Shown here one piece after another: positions 21,291 to 32,046 of a stretch of DNA of 64,000 nucleotides. The stretch lies in contig JBHEMG010000217.1 in assembly GCA_046262715.1 (NCBI GenBank), forward strand, positions 4,878-68,877, in the 5' to 3' direction. The notes under the pieces are model-generated. The model did no database searches. It saw nothing but the letters and a program-made list of their open reading frames with translations, and was not told where the DNA came from. The stretch comes from Gemmatimonadales bacterium. Lineage in GTDB: Bacteria > Gemmatimonadota > Gemmatimonadetes > Gemmatimonadales > GWC2-71-9. How positions within the stretch are numbered: position 1 is the first letter of the stretch; each line of letters opens with the position of its first letter. The position numbers and the translations under genes were made by a program.

Positions 21291-22694
21291 ATGTACGCGC
21301 TTACGCTTCTGCTCGCACTCACCGCGCAACGCCCCGATTCCTTCACGACCAACGTGCGCGAATACATCACCGTCGATACCTCGCTGTTGGCGTTGACGCA
21401 TGTGCTGCTGGTGGATGGTACGGGCGGCGCGCCGAAGACCGATCAGACGATCGTCATACGCGCCGGGAAGATCGTAGCGGTTGGCTCGGCGGCGTCCGTC
21501 CAGGTGCCCGCGAGCGCACGCGTGATGGACATGAGCGGGTCGACCGTCATTCCCGGGATCGTCGGTATGCATGACCATCTGTTCTATACCGCCGCCGGCG
21601 GGCGCGCGGTGCAGATGTCGTACACCGGGCCGCGCCTGTATCTGGGGTCGGGGGTCACGACGATTCGTACCGCCGGCAGTCGCTCGACCTACGCGGAGAT
21701 CAATCTCAAGGACGCGGTCGACCACGGATCGGCGCCGGGGCCGCGCATTCACATCACCGCGCCGTACATCACCGGCTCGGCAGGTGGCGGGTCGATGGCG
21801 ATCATCAATTCGCCCGAAGCCGCGCGGCGCTTCGTGGCGTACTGGGCCTCGGAAGGCGCGACGTGGATCAAGGCGTACACCGACATCCGTCGCGCCGATC
21901 TCGCGGCCGCGATTCAGGAGGCGCACAAGCGCGGGATCAAAGTCACCGGCCACCTCTGCTCGGTGAGTTTTCAAGAAGCCGTCGCGCTTGGCATCGATAA
22001 TCTCGAGCACGGCATGCTGACCGCGTCCGATTTCACGACGGCTAAGCAGCAGGATGTCTGCCCGGCCGATCTCATGACGCAGATCAGCGCGTCGGATCCG
22101 AAGGGCGCGGCGGGGCAGGAAACCATCCGCACGCTGGTGCAGCATCGCGTCCCGATGACTTCCACGCTTGCCGTGTACGAGCCGTTCGTGGCCGGTCGCC
22201 CGACGAAGGATGAGCGTACCCTCTCGGCGATGGACCCTGAGGTGCGCGACAGCTACATGAAGATGCGCCAGCAGATCGACACCAGCTCGAGCGGCGGCTG
22301 GGTGAGTATCGCGGCCTTCAAAAACGCGATGGCATTCGAGCGGGAGTTTGTCGCGGCGGGCGGGCTGATGGCCGCCGGCGTCGATCCCACGGGGATCGGC
22401 GGGGCGCTCGCGGGATACGGCGACCAGCGCAACTACGAGCTGTTCATCGAGGCCGGCTTCACCCCGTCGCAGGCGATCCAGATCATGACGTTGAACGGCG
22501 CCAAGGTTCTCGGCGTGCAGCAGACGCTGGGGACGGTGGAGGCAGGCAAGCTGGCCGATCTCGTCGTCCTGCGCGGCGACCTGACGGCGGATCCGTCAGT
22601 CATTCGGAGCCCCACGATCGTCTTCAAGGACGGCGTCGGGTACGACTCGGCCAAACTGATCGCGTCGGTGCAGGGGAGGGTTGGCGTGAACTAG
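21291..22694 (+). CDS. Amidohydrolase-family metallo-dependent hydrolase
   Basis: The ORF is trimmed to ATG 21291 (MYALTLLLALTA signal-like). It has the metal-binding HxH region VIPGIVGMHDHLFY and later HLCS…, with the family-typical C-terminus …GKLADLVVLRGDL. Confidence 0.8.
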   Translation: MYALTLLLALTAQRPDSFTTNVREYITVDTSLLALTHVLLVDGTGGAPKTDQTIVIRAGKIVAVGSAASVQVPASARVMDMSGSTVIPGIVGMHDHLFYTAAGGRAVQMSYTGPRLYLGSGVTTIRTAGSRSTYAEINLKDAVDHGSAPGPRIHITAPYITGSAGGGSMAIINSPEAARRFVAYWASEGATWIKAYTDIRRADLAAAIQEAHKRGIKVTGHLCSVSFQEAVALGIDNLEHGMLTASDFTTAKQQDVCPADLMTQISASDPKGAAGQETIRTLVQHRVPMTSTLAVYEPFVAGRPTKDERTLSAMDPEVRDSYMKMRQQIDTSSSGGWVSIAAFKNAMAFEREFVAAGGLMAAGVDPTGIGGALAGYGDQRNYELFIEAGFTPSQAIQIMTLNGAKVLGVQQTLGTVEAGKLADLVVLRGDLTADPSVIRSPTIVFKDGVGYDSAKLIASVQGRVGVN

Positions 22695-22716
22695 CGCCCT
22701 TGCTAGGTTTTCTTTC
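22691..22716 (+). terminator. Possible weak intrinsic terminator after the amidohydrolase gene
   Basis: A 5-bp stem CTAGC/GCTAG (22691-22695 / 22702-22706) with a 6-nt loop is followed by GTTTTCTTTC. This is the only T-rich tract in the neighbourhood, and the stem is short. Confidence 0.3.
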
Positions 22717-22725
22717 GCTGGTCGC

Positions 22726-22800
22726 GGCAGGGTAGCTCAGCCTGGTGAGAGCACCACACTCATAATGTGGGGGTCGTGGGTTCGAATCCCACCCCTGCTA
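22726..22800 (+). tRNA. tRNA-Met (anticodon CAT), elongator type
   Basis: I folded the cloverleaf by hand. Acceptor: GGCAGGG/CCCTGCT (G1-U72). D-arm: GCTC-AGCCTGGTGA-GAGC. Anticodon arm: CCACA-CTCATAA-TGTGG. T-arm: GTGGG-TTCGAAT-CCCAC. Discriminator: A. No encoded CCA. The anticodon stem lacks the three G-C pairs of initiator tRNA. I cannot exclude tRNA-Ile2 (lysidine). Confidence 0.85.
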
Positions 22801-22856
22801 TGGAAGCAATGCCGCTGTCGTATTGACCCTGCAGCCCGTTCGCGGGTCTCACAGGG

Positions 22857-23960
22857 ATGCGGGTCGCCCTCGTTACCGAGTTTTACTACCCCCACCTCGG
22901 TGGCGTCACCGAACACGTCCACAATTTCGCGCTCGAGCTCCGTCGCCGCGGGCACGAAGCCACCATTATCACCGCACACATGGCGGGCGAGCGCCGCGAT
23001 CCCGACTTCGTGGAGCGCGTGGGCACGAGCCGCGTCATCTACAGCAACGGCTCCTTCGCCCGGCTGACGACCGGCTGGGGACTGACGCGCCGTATCGGGG
23101 CGCTGCTGCGCGAGCGCCGCATCGAGCTCGTACATGTCCACGACATCCTGGCCCCCACGCTCGGCATCGTCGCCTCGACGGCGGCGTGGCGCCAGGATCT
23201 GCCCGTCGTCGCGACGTCGCATACCTGGTTCCGCCGCTCGCTCGCGTACGCCTTCTTCCGGCCGCTGCTGCAGCGGCGGCTCGATCGTGTCGCGGCGTGC
23301 ATCGCGGTGAGCCAGCCCGTGGTGGAGGCGATGTCGCGCTACTTCCGCGCGAGCTGGGAAATCATCCCGAACGGCGTGAACGTTGACCACTTCCGCGCGC
23401 CGCCGCGCGCAGCGGACGGCGTGCCCCCCGCGCCCCAACTCTTGTTTCTCGGCCGTCTCGATCCCCGCAACGGATTGGAGAACGTGCTCGCGGCCATGCC
23501 TATCGTGCTCCAGCACTTTCCCCGTGCCCGGCTGACTGTCGCCGGTGACGGACCGTTGCGCCGCCACTACCAGGACCGCGCCGCCGCACTCGGGAATGCC
23601 GTGGCCTTCGTGGGGCGGGTGAACGGCGAGCGGCCGTATTATTACGGCGCGGCCGATTTGTATCTCTGTCCCTCCACCAAAGCATCGTTCGGGATCACAC
23701 TGCTGGAGGCGATGGCGTGCGGAACGCCGATGGTGGTCTCCGATATCACCGGATTCCGCGAGCTGATCGACGGCGGTGACGAAGCGGTGCTCGTGCCGTG
23801 CGGCAAGCCGGACGCCCTGGCCCACTCCGTCGTTCGTCTCCTCGCCGACCCACAACGTCGCGCGGTGATGGCCGCTGCCGGACGCGCCAAGGCCGAGACA
23901 TTTGGGTGGGCGCGGATCGCCGATCGTGTGCTCGCCGTGTACGAGCGAGTGCTGCGGTGA
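22857..23960 (+). CDS. Glycosyltransferase family 4
   Basis: 367 aa. The N-terminus is MRVALVTEFYYPHLGGVTEHV. The C-terminal GT-B motif is …SFGITLLEAMACGTPMVVSD…. Confidence 0.85.
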   Translation: MRVALVTEFYYPHLGGVTEHVHNFALELRRRGHEATIITAHMAGERRDPDFVERVGTSRVIYSNGSFARLTTGWGLTRRIGALLRERRIELVHVHDILAPTLGIVASTAAWRQDLPVVATSHTWFRRSLAYAFFRPLLQRRLDRVAACIAVSQPVVEAMSRYFRASWEIIPNGVNVDHFRAPPRAADGVPPAPQLLFLGRLDPRNGLENVLAAMPIVLQHFPRARLTVAGDGPLRRHYQDRAAALGNAVAFVGRVNGERPYYYGAADLYLCPSTKASFGITLLEAMACGTPMVVSDITGFRELIDGGDEAVLVPCGKPDALAHSVVRLLADPQRRAVMAAAGRAKAETFGWARIADRVLAVYERVLR

Positions 23961-24658
23961 TCGACGTGCTGCTTGCAGGCGCGGGGGGCGCAGTGCTGGG
24001 CGCACTCGCCACGGGCGTCTACGCGCCCAACAGCGGCCTGTTCGGTCCCGCCGTCGGCTGGGGTCCGCCCGAGCAACGGCGCGTCTATCTCACCTTTGAC
24101 GACGGTCCCAACTCGCGCGCTACCGATGCGATTCTCGATACGCTGGCGGCGTGTGGCGCTCCCGCCGCGTTCTTCATGGTCGGCGACCATGTGGCGCTCT
24201 TTCCGGGTGTCGCGCGCAGCGTAGCCGCCGCCGGTCATCTCATCGGCAATCACACCCAGCACCACGTGAAGCTGCATCGCCGCGGGCCGGGGCGAATTCG
24301 CCGGGAGCTAGGCGAGGCGCATCAGACAATCGCGGACGTCACAGGCGTAGCGCCGGCGGCATTTCGCGCGCCGCACGGGTATCGCAATCCGTTCGTCGCT
24401 ATGGCAACGCGCCGGCTAGGATATACGGTGTTCGGCTGGAGTTTCGGAGTCTGGGATTCCGCGCGCCCGCCCGCGCATGAAATTCGGCGTCGAGTACGGG
24501 CCAAGATCGCTCCGGGCGCGATCATTTTGCTGCACGACGGGGACGGATACGATCCCAACGGCGACCGCACGCCCACTGCCGACGCCCTCGCGGGCATCAT
24601 CGAGGACGCGCGGGCCGCTGGGTATGAGCTCTCATCGTTGGGAGCGTTACTGCGGTGA
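23957..24658 (+). CDS. Polysaccharide deacetylase (NodB homology domain)
   Basis: The ORF is trimmed to GTG 23957 (GTGA overlap). It has one TM helix and NodB motifs YLTFDDGPN, GNHTQHH and ILLHDG. Confidence 0.85.
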   Translation: MIDVLLAGAGGAVLGALATGVYAPNSGLFGPAVGWGPPEQRRVYLTFDDGPNSRATDAILDTLAACGAPAAFFMVGDHVALFPGVARSVAAAGHLIGNHTQHHVKLHRRGPGRIRRELGEAHQTIADVTGVAPAAFRAPHGYRNPFVAMATRRLGYTVFGWSFGVWDSARPPAHEIRRRVRAKIAPGAIILLHDGDGYDPNGDRTPTADALAGIIEDARAAGYELSSLGALLR

Positions 24659-25593
24659 AGCGCGCGCTGTGGTGGCTGGCGGGGCTCATCGGTGTCGCGC
24701 TGCTGCTCCGCCTCGGTCTCCATTTTCCCTGGCGCGAAACGGGAATGACCTTGGCGAAGGCGAAGGGGTCGCTGCTCGCCGCCGCGCTGCTGGTGAATCT
24801 CATTTCTCCGCTTACCAAAGGGTGGGGCTGGCATCTGTTGCTGCGCAGCGTCGCGCCGCACCGCTGGTGGGCGGCCCAGCAGGCGAACCTCGTCGGAACA
24901 GCGGTGAACGTGATCGGCGTCGGCGTGAGCGGGGAGGCGGCGCGCGTCTCGTTCATGGTGCGGCGCGAGCGCACTCCGCTGCGCGCTACAACGCTCTCGG
25001 TCGTCGGCTCGCGCGCCGTGGAAGCATTTGGCCTCGCGGTCTTCGTGCTGCTCGCTCCGCTGGTGTTCGAATTACCGTCCGCGATCCGCGCTGTGCAGCT
25101 GGGCGGGGGCGTCCTGCTGCTCGTGACGCTGGTACTGGGTCGGTTTGCGGTATGGGATAGGCTCGTCCAGTGGCTGCCGCGGCGTCTGCGCGCGGGGGCG
25201 CTCGAGCTGGGGACGATGGGGAAGGGAGGTCAGCTCCTCGCCCCGACCATTCTTGCGGTTATCAACTGGCTGGCGCAGTGGGCCACTTACTATCTCGCGC
25301 TCCAGGCCACGCACGTCGCGGCGTCGCCATCCGCCGCGTTCGTCGCGCTACTCGCGGTGAACCTCGGCGGCATCGTCCGGATTACGCCGGCCAACGCGGG
25401 GGTGATGCAGGCGGCCATGGCCGCCGCGCTGCTCCCCTTCGGCGTTCCCGCCGAGCGAAGTGTTGCCGCGGGGCTCGCGCTTCAGGCGATTCAGGTGGTG
25501 CCGATGCTGATCTGCGGGCTGCTGATTGCCGGACGGGCGGGATTCAGGGTGACCGCCGCGCCGCTTAACGCTGCTTCCACACCACCGGTTTGA
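24655..25593 (+). CDS. Flippase-like / lysyl-phosphatidylglycerol-synthase-TM-region-like (UPF0104) membrane protein
   Basis: 312 aa with a GTGA overlap and about 8 hydrophobic helices. The general pattern (…KGWGWHLLL…, …RITPANAGV…) is reminiscent of UPF0104. Confidence 0.6.
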   Translation: MKRALWWLAGLIGVALLLRLGLHFPWRETGMTLAKAKGSLLAAALLVNLISPLTKGWGWHLLLRSVAPHRWWAAQQANLVGTAVNVIGVGVSGEAARVSFMVRRERTPLRATTLSVVGSRAVEAFGLAVFVLLAPLVFELPSAIRAVQLGGGVLLLVTLVLGRFAVWDRLVQWLPRRLRAGALELGTMGKGGQLLAPTILAVINWLAQWATYYLALQATHVAASPSAAFVALLAVNLGGIVRITPANAGVMQAAMAAALLPFGVPAERSVAAGLALQAIQVVPMLICGLLIAGRAGFRVTAAPLNAASTPPV

Positions 25594-26164
25594 TGTCCCG
25601 CGAGCGCTGCTCTGCCGTCGCCTGCGCCTCTTGCAGTTTCGCTTCGAATTCTTTCCGCCACGCGACCGGGATGTTTGCGCGGAAATAGGTCGCCGTCAGC
25701 AGCTCGCCTTTCGGCTCGAGGCTCCTTTCGTTGCCGCGTCCGACCGCCATCACGTCGCCAAGGAAGAGTGTCGAGCTGCCAGTGTCCATCACGTTCACGA
25801 CATTGCACTCAAAATGCGCGAAACATTCGTCGAGCACCGGGACGCCGAGCTGTCCCTGATGGTGGGGAATCGCGGCGAGCTTGTCCCGATCCCGGCCACT
25901 GAAAAATCCCAGCTGGTGCACGACGTCGAGCTGCTGCGTATGCAGCAGATGCATCGCGAAGCGGCCGGTCTCGAAGATCATGTCGTGGCTGTAGTTGAAC
26001 TTGTGGATGTAGACGGACACTCTGGGGATTGACGGGACGATCGACGCGCGCACGGCCGCGTCGGAGATCATGCCGTTCTTCTTCCCGTTGCGCTCGGCCG
26101 TGATCGCGACGACCGGCGAGGTCAGATTGCGCAGCAGTTGGTAGGTGAGGCCGGGCGCAAGCAT
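25565..26164 (-). CDS. Flavin reductase-like domain protein
   Basis: 199 aa. …LTSPVVAITAERNGKKNGMISDAAV… is the typical flavin-reductase-like FMN-binding split barrel. It converges on the upstream gene with a 29-nt overlap. Confidence 0.75.
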   Translation of the reverse strand: MLAPGLTYQLLRNLTSPVVAITAERNGKKNGMISDAAVRASIVPSIPRVSVYIHKFNYSHDMIFETGRFAMHLLHTQQLDVVHQLGFFSGRDRDKLAAIPHHQGQLGVPVLDECFAHFECNVVNVMDTGSSTLFLGDVMAVGRGNERSLEPKGELLTATYFRANIPVAWRKEFEAKLQEAQATAEQRSRDIKPVVWKQR

Positions 26165-26176
26165 ACTTCAAGATAC

Positions 26177-27532
26177 ATGGACACTCCGCGCTCGCTTCCC
26201 ATGCGCTTCCTCGCGCACATTCGGCAGACCCGGCTGTTTCGCGAGCCGGGGGAAACGATCGTTGCCGTCTCGGGCGGTGCCGACTCGCTCGCGCTGCTCG
26301 ACTTGCTGCACGGCGTCGCCGAAGAGCTCGGCCTCAGCCTCGTCGTCGCGCACGTGGATCATGGAATTCAGGCGGACAGTCGGTTCGTCGGCTCGGCGGT
26401 CAGAAAGGTAGCCGAGCGGTATGCGCTCCCGTTCGAACTTGCAGAGCTCGACCTCGGAGCTGATGCGACCGAGACCGAGGCGCGGCGCGGGCGCTATGCG
26501 TGGCTGCGCGAGCTGCAGCAGCGACATGGGGCGCGATACATCGTCACGGCGCATCACGAGGACGATCAGGTGGAAACGATCGTGCTGCGCGCGCTACGCG
26601 GCTCGGCCCTCGCCGGCCTCGCCGGTATCGCCCCGCGCGCGCGCGGCGGGCTCATCAGGCCACTGCTGCCGTTCAGCCGTCGCGAGCTCGCGGCGTACGC
26701 GGCCGAGCGCGATCTGCCCGTGCACGACGATCCGGCGAATGCCGACCCGCGACACCTGCGTTCCTGGGTGCGCGGGACGCTGCTCCCGCTGCTCACGGAA
26801 CGGCTCGGTCCGCGCCTGCGTAACGACCTGCTCGGCCAGGGCCGTCACGCAGCGAGTGACCGCAGGGCCTGGGATCAAATCCTCGATGTGATGCCCGATC
26901 TCGCGCTCGACGTGCAGGGAGAAGGCTTTGCCGTTGCCCGGGCAGTGCTGTGCGGCTATGATAACGCATTGTCGGTCGCACTCTTGCGCGCGGCAGCCCG
27001 ACGAGCGGGACTGGTGCTCGGGCCTACGCGCGCGCGACGTCTTCTTGATCTCGCGCGACGCCCATCGGGGCGCCGCCTCTCACTCGGCGACGGATGGTCG
27101 GCCGAAGTGGCGTTCGGGCAGCTGCGCGTCGGTCGCGAGCCGGTAGCGACAATTGCGTGCGCGCTGGAGCGCATCCATCCGAGCGGCGAGCGCGGCTCAG
27201 CCCGGTTCGGCGCCTTCGAGATCAGGTGGTCGAGCGCGCCGGCGCCGGAACGAATCGAGCGCGCGACGTGGACGACCTGGCTGGATTCGGCCACCTGGGA
27301 AGTGCGGGCGCCGGCGCGCGGTGACGCGCTGGTGCCGCTGGGTGGAGTGGGGCATCGACCGCTGCGCCGCTTACTTATGGAAGCACGAGTACCGCGCAGC
27401 GTGCGGCCGCAGTATCCCGTAGTGAGTAGGGGCGAGACCATTCTCTGGGTGCCGGGCATCTGCCGTAGTGCGGAGGGCGTGCCGACCCCCGGAACTCGAG
27501 CGGTGAGGCTGGATGTTACCGAGCACGGCTGA
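26177..27532 (+). CDS. tilS: tRNA(Ile)-lysidine synthetase
   Basis: It has the PP-loop motif VAVSGGADSLALLDLL and …TAHHEDDQVETIVLR…. The start is trimmed to ATG 26177 to avoid overlapping the divergent gene. It belongs to the conserved tilS-hpt-ftsH order. Confidence 0.85.
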   Translation: MDTPRSLPMRFLAHIRQTRLFREPGETIVAVSGGADSLALLDLLHGVAEELGLSLVVAHVDHGIQADSRFVGSAVRKVAERYALPFELAELDLGADATETEARRGRYAWLRELQQRHGARYIVTAHHEDDQVETIVLRALRGSALAGLAGIAPRARGGLIRPLLPFSRRELAAYAAERDLPVHDDPANADPRHLRSWVRGTLLPLLTERLGPRLRNDLLGQGRHAASDRRAWDQILDVMPDLALDVQGEGFAVARAVLCGYDNALSVALLRAAARRAGLVLGPTRARRLLDLARRPSGRRLSLGDGWSAEVAFGQLRVGREPVATIACALERIHPSGERGSARFGAFEIRWSSAPAPERIERATWTTWLDSATWEVRAPARGDALVPLGGVGHRPLRRLLMEARVPRSVRPQYPVVSRGETILWVPGICRSAEGVPTPGTRAVRLDVTEHG

Positions 27533-28043
27533 GCTCAAGCGTGTCGTTTTCGATCAAGAGACCATTGCCGAGCGGGTGCGGGAGCTCGGGCAGGACATCG
27601 TAGCCGCCTATCCTGACGGCGAGCTGCTCGTCCTGGGATTGCTCAAGGGGTCTTTTATCTTTCTCAGCGACCTCGTGCGGCAGATAGATCGGCCGCTCCA
27701 GGTCGATTTCCTGGTCGCCTCGAGCTACGGCGAGAGCACGGTATCGAGCGGGAACGTGCGACTGGTGTATGATCCGGAGACGGAGCTGGCGGGGAAGCAC
27801 ATTCTGCTGGTCGAGGACATCATAGACACCGAAAAGACGTTGAACAAGCTGGTCGCACTGCTGCGGCAGCGGCGGCCGGAAAGCCTGGAGATCTGCGCGC
27901 TGCTGCACAAACATGTGGCTGAGCACTTGGAGCTGGAAGCGAAGTTCGTGGGCTTCGACGCCCCGACGTTATTCCTGGTCGGATATGGCCTGGATCACGC
28001 CGAAAACTTCCGGCACCTTCCCTATATCGCGAGTCTGACGTAG
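27513..28043 (+). CDS. hpt: Hypoxanthine phosphoribosyltransferase
   Basis: 176 aa. The PRPP-binding motif is HILLVEDIIDTEKTL, with …VGYGLD… near the C-terminus. Confidence 0.9.
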   Translation: MLPSTAELKRVVFDQETIAERVRELGQDIVAAYPDGELLVLGLLKGSFIFLSDLVRQIDRPLQVDFLVASSYGESTVSSGNVRLVYDPETELAGKHILLVEDIIDTEKTLNKLVALLRQRRPESLEICALLHKHVAEHLELEAKFVGFDAPTLFLVGYGLDHAENFRHLPYIASLT

Positions 28044-30028
<1,985 letters not shown>

Positions 30029-30032
<4 letters not shown>

Positions 30033-31294
30033 GCGCTCCGACTCCCGCAGACCTCTCCAAACTCCGGATCAATCGCGACGACCCGCCGCCCGCGGTCAAA
30101 CGGGCGCTGGGGCGCGTGCTATGGATCGCGGCCGCAGCTGTGGTGGTCTTCGTCGTGCTGCTCATGATCGTCCGACGCGGCGGCACGGTCCCGGTACAGG
30201 TCGTCACGGTCACTTCGAGCACGCAGGGAGCAGGGAGCGGCGGCGGCGGTGGATCGGTGGCGGTGGTGGCGAATGGGTACGTCGTCGCCCGCACGAAAGC
30301 CGCGGTCTCCGCAAAGATTCCCGGCCGGCTCGCCATGCTCAACGTCAGCGAGGGCTCGCGTGTCGCGAAGGGCGACATCCTCGCCCGGCTCGACAATGCC
30401 GATTACGCGGCGGCCGTGGGGCAGGCCCAGGCCAGCGTGGCGAGCGCCAAGGCGACGCTGATCGAGGCGCAGTCCGACCGCGACCAGCTGCAGCGCGAAT
30501 TCGTGCGCGTGCGCGACATTCACACCCAGAATCCCAATCTCGTGTCGCCCCAGGAAGTCGAAAACGCCGAGAGCAAGGCGCGGCAGGGCGATGCGCGCGT
30601 CGATGCGCAGACGGCGCGCGTGCAAGCGGCGGAGGCCGGGTTGCGGGTCGCCGAGGCGAATCTCGAGAACACCTACATCCGCGCGCCGTTCGGCGGGACG
30701 GTGTTGCGCAAGGAAGCCGAAGTCGGCGAGGTGGTAGCGCCTTCGGTGGGCGGTGGGCTCACGCGCGGTGCGGTGGTGACGATGGCGGATCTCGCGACGC
30801 TCGAAGTCGAGGTTGACGTCAACGAGGCCTACATCTCCCGCATCGCCCGCGGCCAACAAGCGCGCATCACGTTGGACGCGTATCCCGACACGGCATTCCG
30901 CGGCGCGGTGCGCCAGGTGGTGCCGACCGCCGACCGCCAGCGCGCGACGGTGCAGGTGAAGGTCTCCATCGTGGATCGCGATCCGCGCATTCTCACCGAG
31001 ATGGGCGCGAAGGTCGAGTTTCTCGAAGCGCCGCGCGCCGCGCGCACCGACGCGACGCAGCCTCCCGCGCGCCCGCGCATTCTCGTCCCCGCCGAGGCGG
31101 TGCGGTCCGATGACGGCCGCGACGTCGTGTGGATCGTGCGCAACGGGAAGTTACAGAAGCGTGACGTTGACGCGGGTCCGGTCAGCGGTAACTTCCGCGA
31201 GATTCGTGCGGGACTCTCGGGTGGAGAACAGGTGCTGGTGGGCGGTGTTGACACCCCTCGCGAAGGGCAGCGCGTAAAGCCGAATAACCAATGA
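30029..31294 (+). CDS. Efflux transporter periplasmic adaptor (HlyD/MacA-like membrane fusion protein)
   Basis: 421 aa with a GTGA overlap with the ftsH stop. It has an N-terminal TM anchor, a lipoyl/coiled-coil pattern (…ARLDNADYAAAVGQAQASVASAKATL…IRAPFGGTVL…) and a beta-barrel C-terminus. Confidence 0.85.
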
Positions 31295-31343
31295 TCAATG
31301 TTCATTGATCATTGATCATTGAACATTCTTCATTGGACATTCG
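31288..31343. repeat. AT-rich tandem heptanucleotide repeat tract (8 units, core TCATTGA x3)
   Basis: Read directly in 7-nt register: CCAATGA TCAATGT TCATTGA TCATTGA TCATTGA ACATTCT TCATTGG ACATTCG. It contains a perfect 9-bp inverted repeat TGATCAATG-tt-CATTGATCA (31292-31311), three GATC sites, and TGA in all three frames. It lies between the adaptor stop (31292-31294) and the ATPase ATG (31348). Confidence 0.85.
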
Positions 31344-31347
31344 CCAA

Positions 31348-32046
31348 ATGGCTCTCGTCGAGATTCGCGACGTCTACAAATCGTTCCAGCGCGACACCCA
31401 GCGCATCGACGTCTTCACCGATCTGACGCTCGACATTGACGCTGGCAGCTTTACGGCGCTGATGGGGCCGTCCGGCTCAGGCAAGTCGACGCTGCTCAAC
31501 CTCATCGCGGGGCTCGACAAGCCGACGCGCGGCACCGTGCGCGTGGGCGGAGCCGAGGTGAGCTCCATGAGCGCCGGCCAGCTGGCGGCCTGGCGCGCGC
31601 GCAACATCGGCTTCGTGTTCCAGTCGTTCAATCTGCTGCCGGTGCTGACCGCCTATCAGAACGTCGAGCTGCCGCTGCTGCTCACGAACCTGTCGAAGAA
31701 AGATCGCGATGAGCGCGTGAAGATCGCGCTCGATGTCGTCGGCCTCTCCGACCGGGCGAGCCATTATCCGCGCCAGCTCTCGGGCGGCCAGGAGCAGCGC
31801 ACAGCCATCGCCCGCGCCATCGTCGCCGACCCTACGGTGATGCTTCTGGACGAGCCCACGGGGCAGCTCGACGCAAAGAGCTCGCAGGAGGTGCTCGCCC
31901 TGCTGCAGCGCCTCAATAACGAGTTCAACAAGACGATCATCATCGTCACGCACGATGCGCACGCCGCCGAGCGCGCGAAGTCGACGCTGCATCTCGAGAA
32001 GGGCGACCTGATCGAGAAGCCACGCGCGGTGGCGGCCGCCCGGTGA
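31348..32046 (+). CDS. ABC transporter ATP-binding protein (MacB/LolD type)
   Basis: The ORF is trimmed to ATG 31348 (MALVEIRDVYKSF). Motifs are Walker A GPSGSGKST, Q-loop, signature LSGGQEQR, Walker B MLLDEPTG and H-loop VTHD. Confidence 0.92.
   Translation: MALVEIRDVYKSFQRDTQRIDVFTDLTLDIDAGSFTALMGPSGSGKSTLLNLIAGLDKPTRGTVRVGGAEVSSMSAGQLAAWRARNIGFVFQSFNLLPVLTAYQNVELPLLLTNLSKKDRDERVKIALDVVGLSDRASHYPRQLSGGQEQRTAIARAIVADPTVMLLDEPTGQLDAKSSQEVLALLQRLNNEFNKTIIIVTHDAHAAERAKSTLHLEKGDLIEKPRAVAAAR

Noticed and set aside
22737-24005. 422-aa - strand ORF spanning tRNA-Met and the GT4 gene
   Set aside because: It overlaps a well-folded tRNA and runs antisense to a glycosyltransferase with clear motifs. 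Its translation is low-complexity and Arg-rich, so I treat it as spurious.
22726-26164. tRNA-Met-adjacent genomic island
   Set aside because: There is no integrase, no direct repeat of the tRNA 3' end, no visible compositional shift and no mobile-element gene. The downstream genes are chromosomal-type envelope enzymes.
31288-31343. Heptamer tract as a CRISPR array or mobile-element terminus
   Set aside because: The units are 7 nt long with no spacers and the tract totals 56 nt. There are no cas or transposase genes. It is a simple tandem repeat or operator-like element.
31312-31347. Longer N-terminus (MIIEHSSLDIRQ…) for the ABC ATPase, starting at TTG 31312
   Set aside because: The extension would be encoded entirely by the AT-rich heptamer repeat. 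MALVEIRDVYKSF at ATG 31348 is the family-typical N-terminus.
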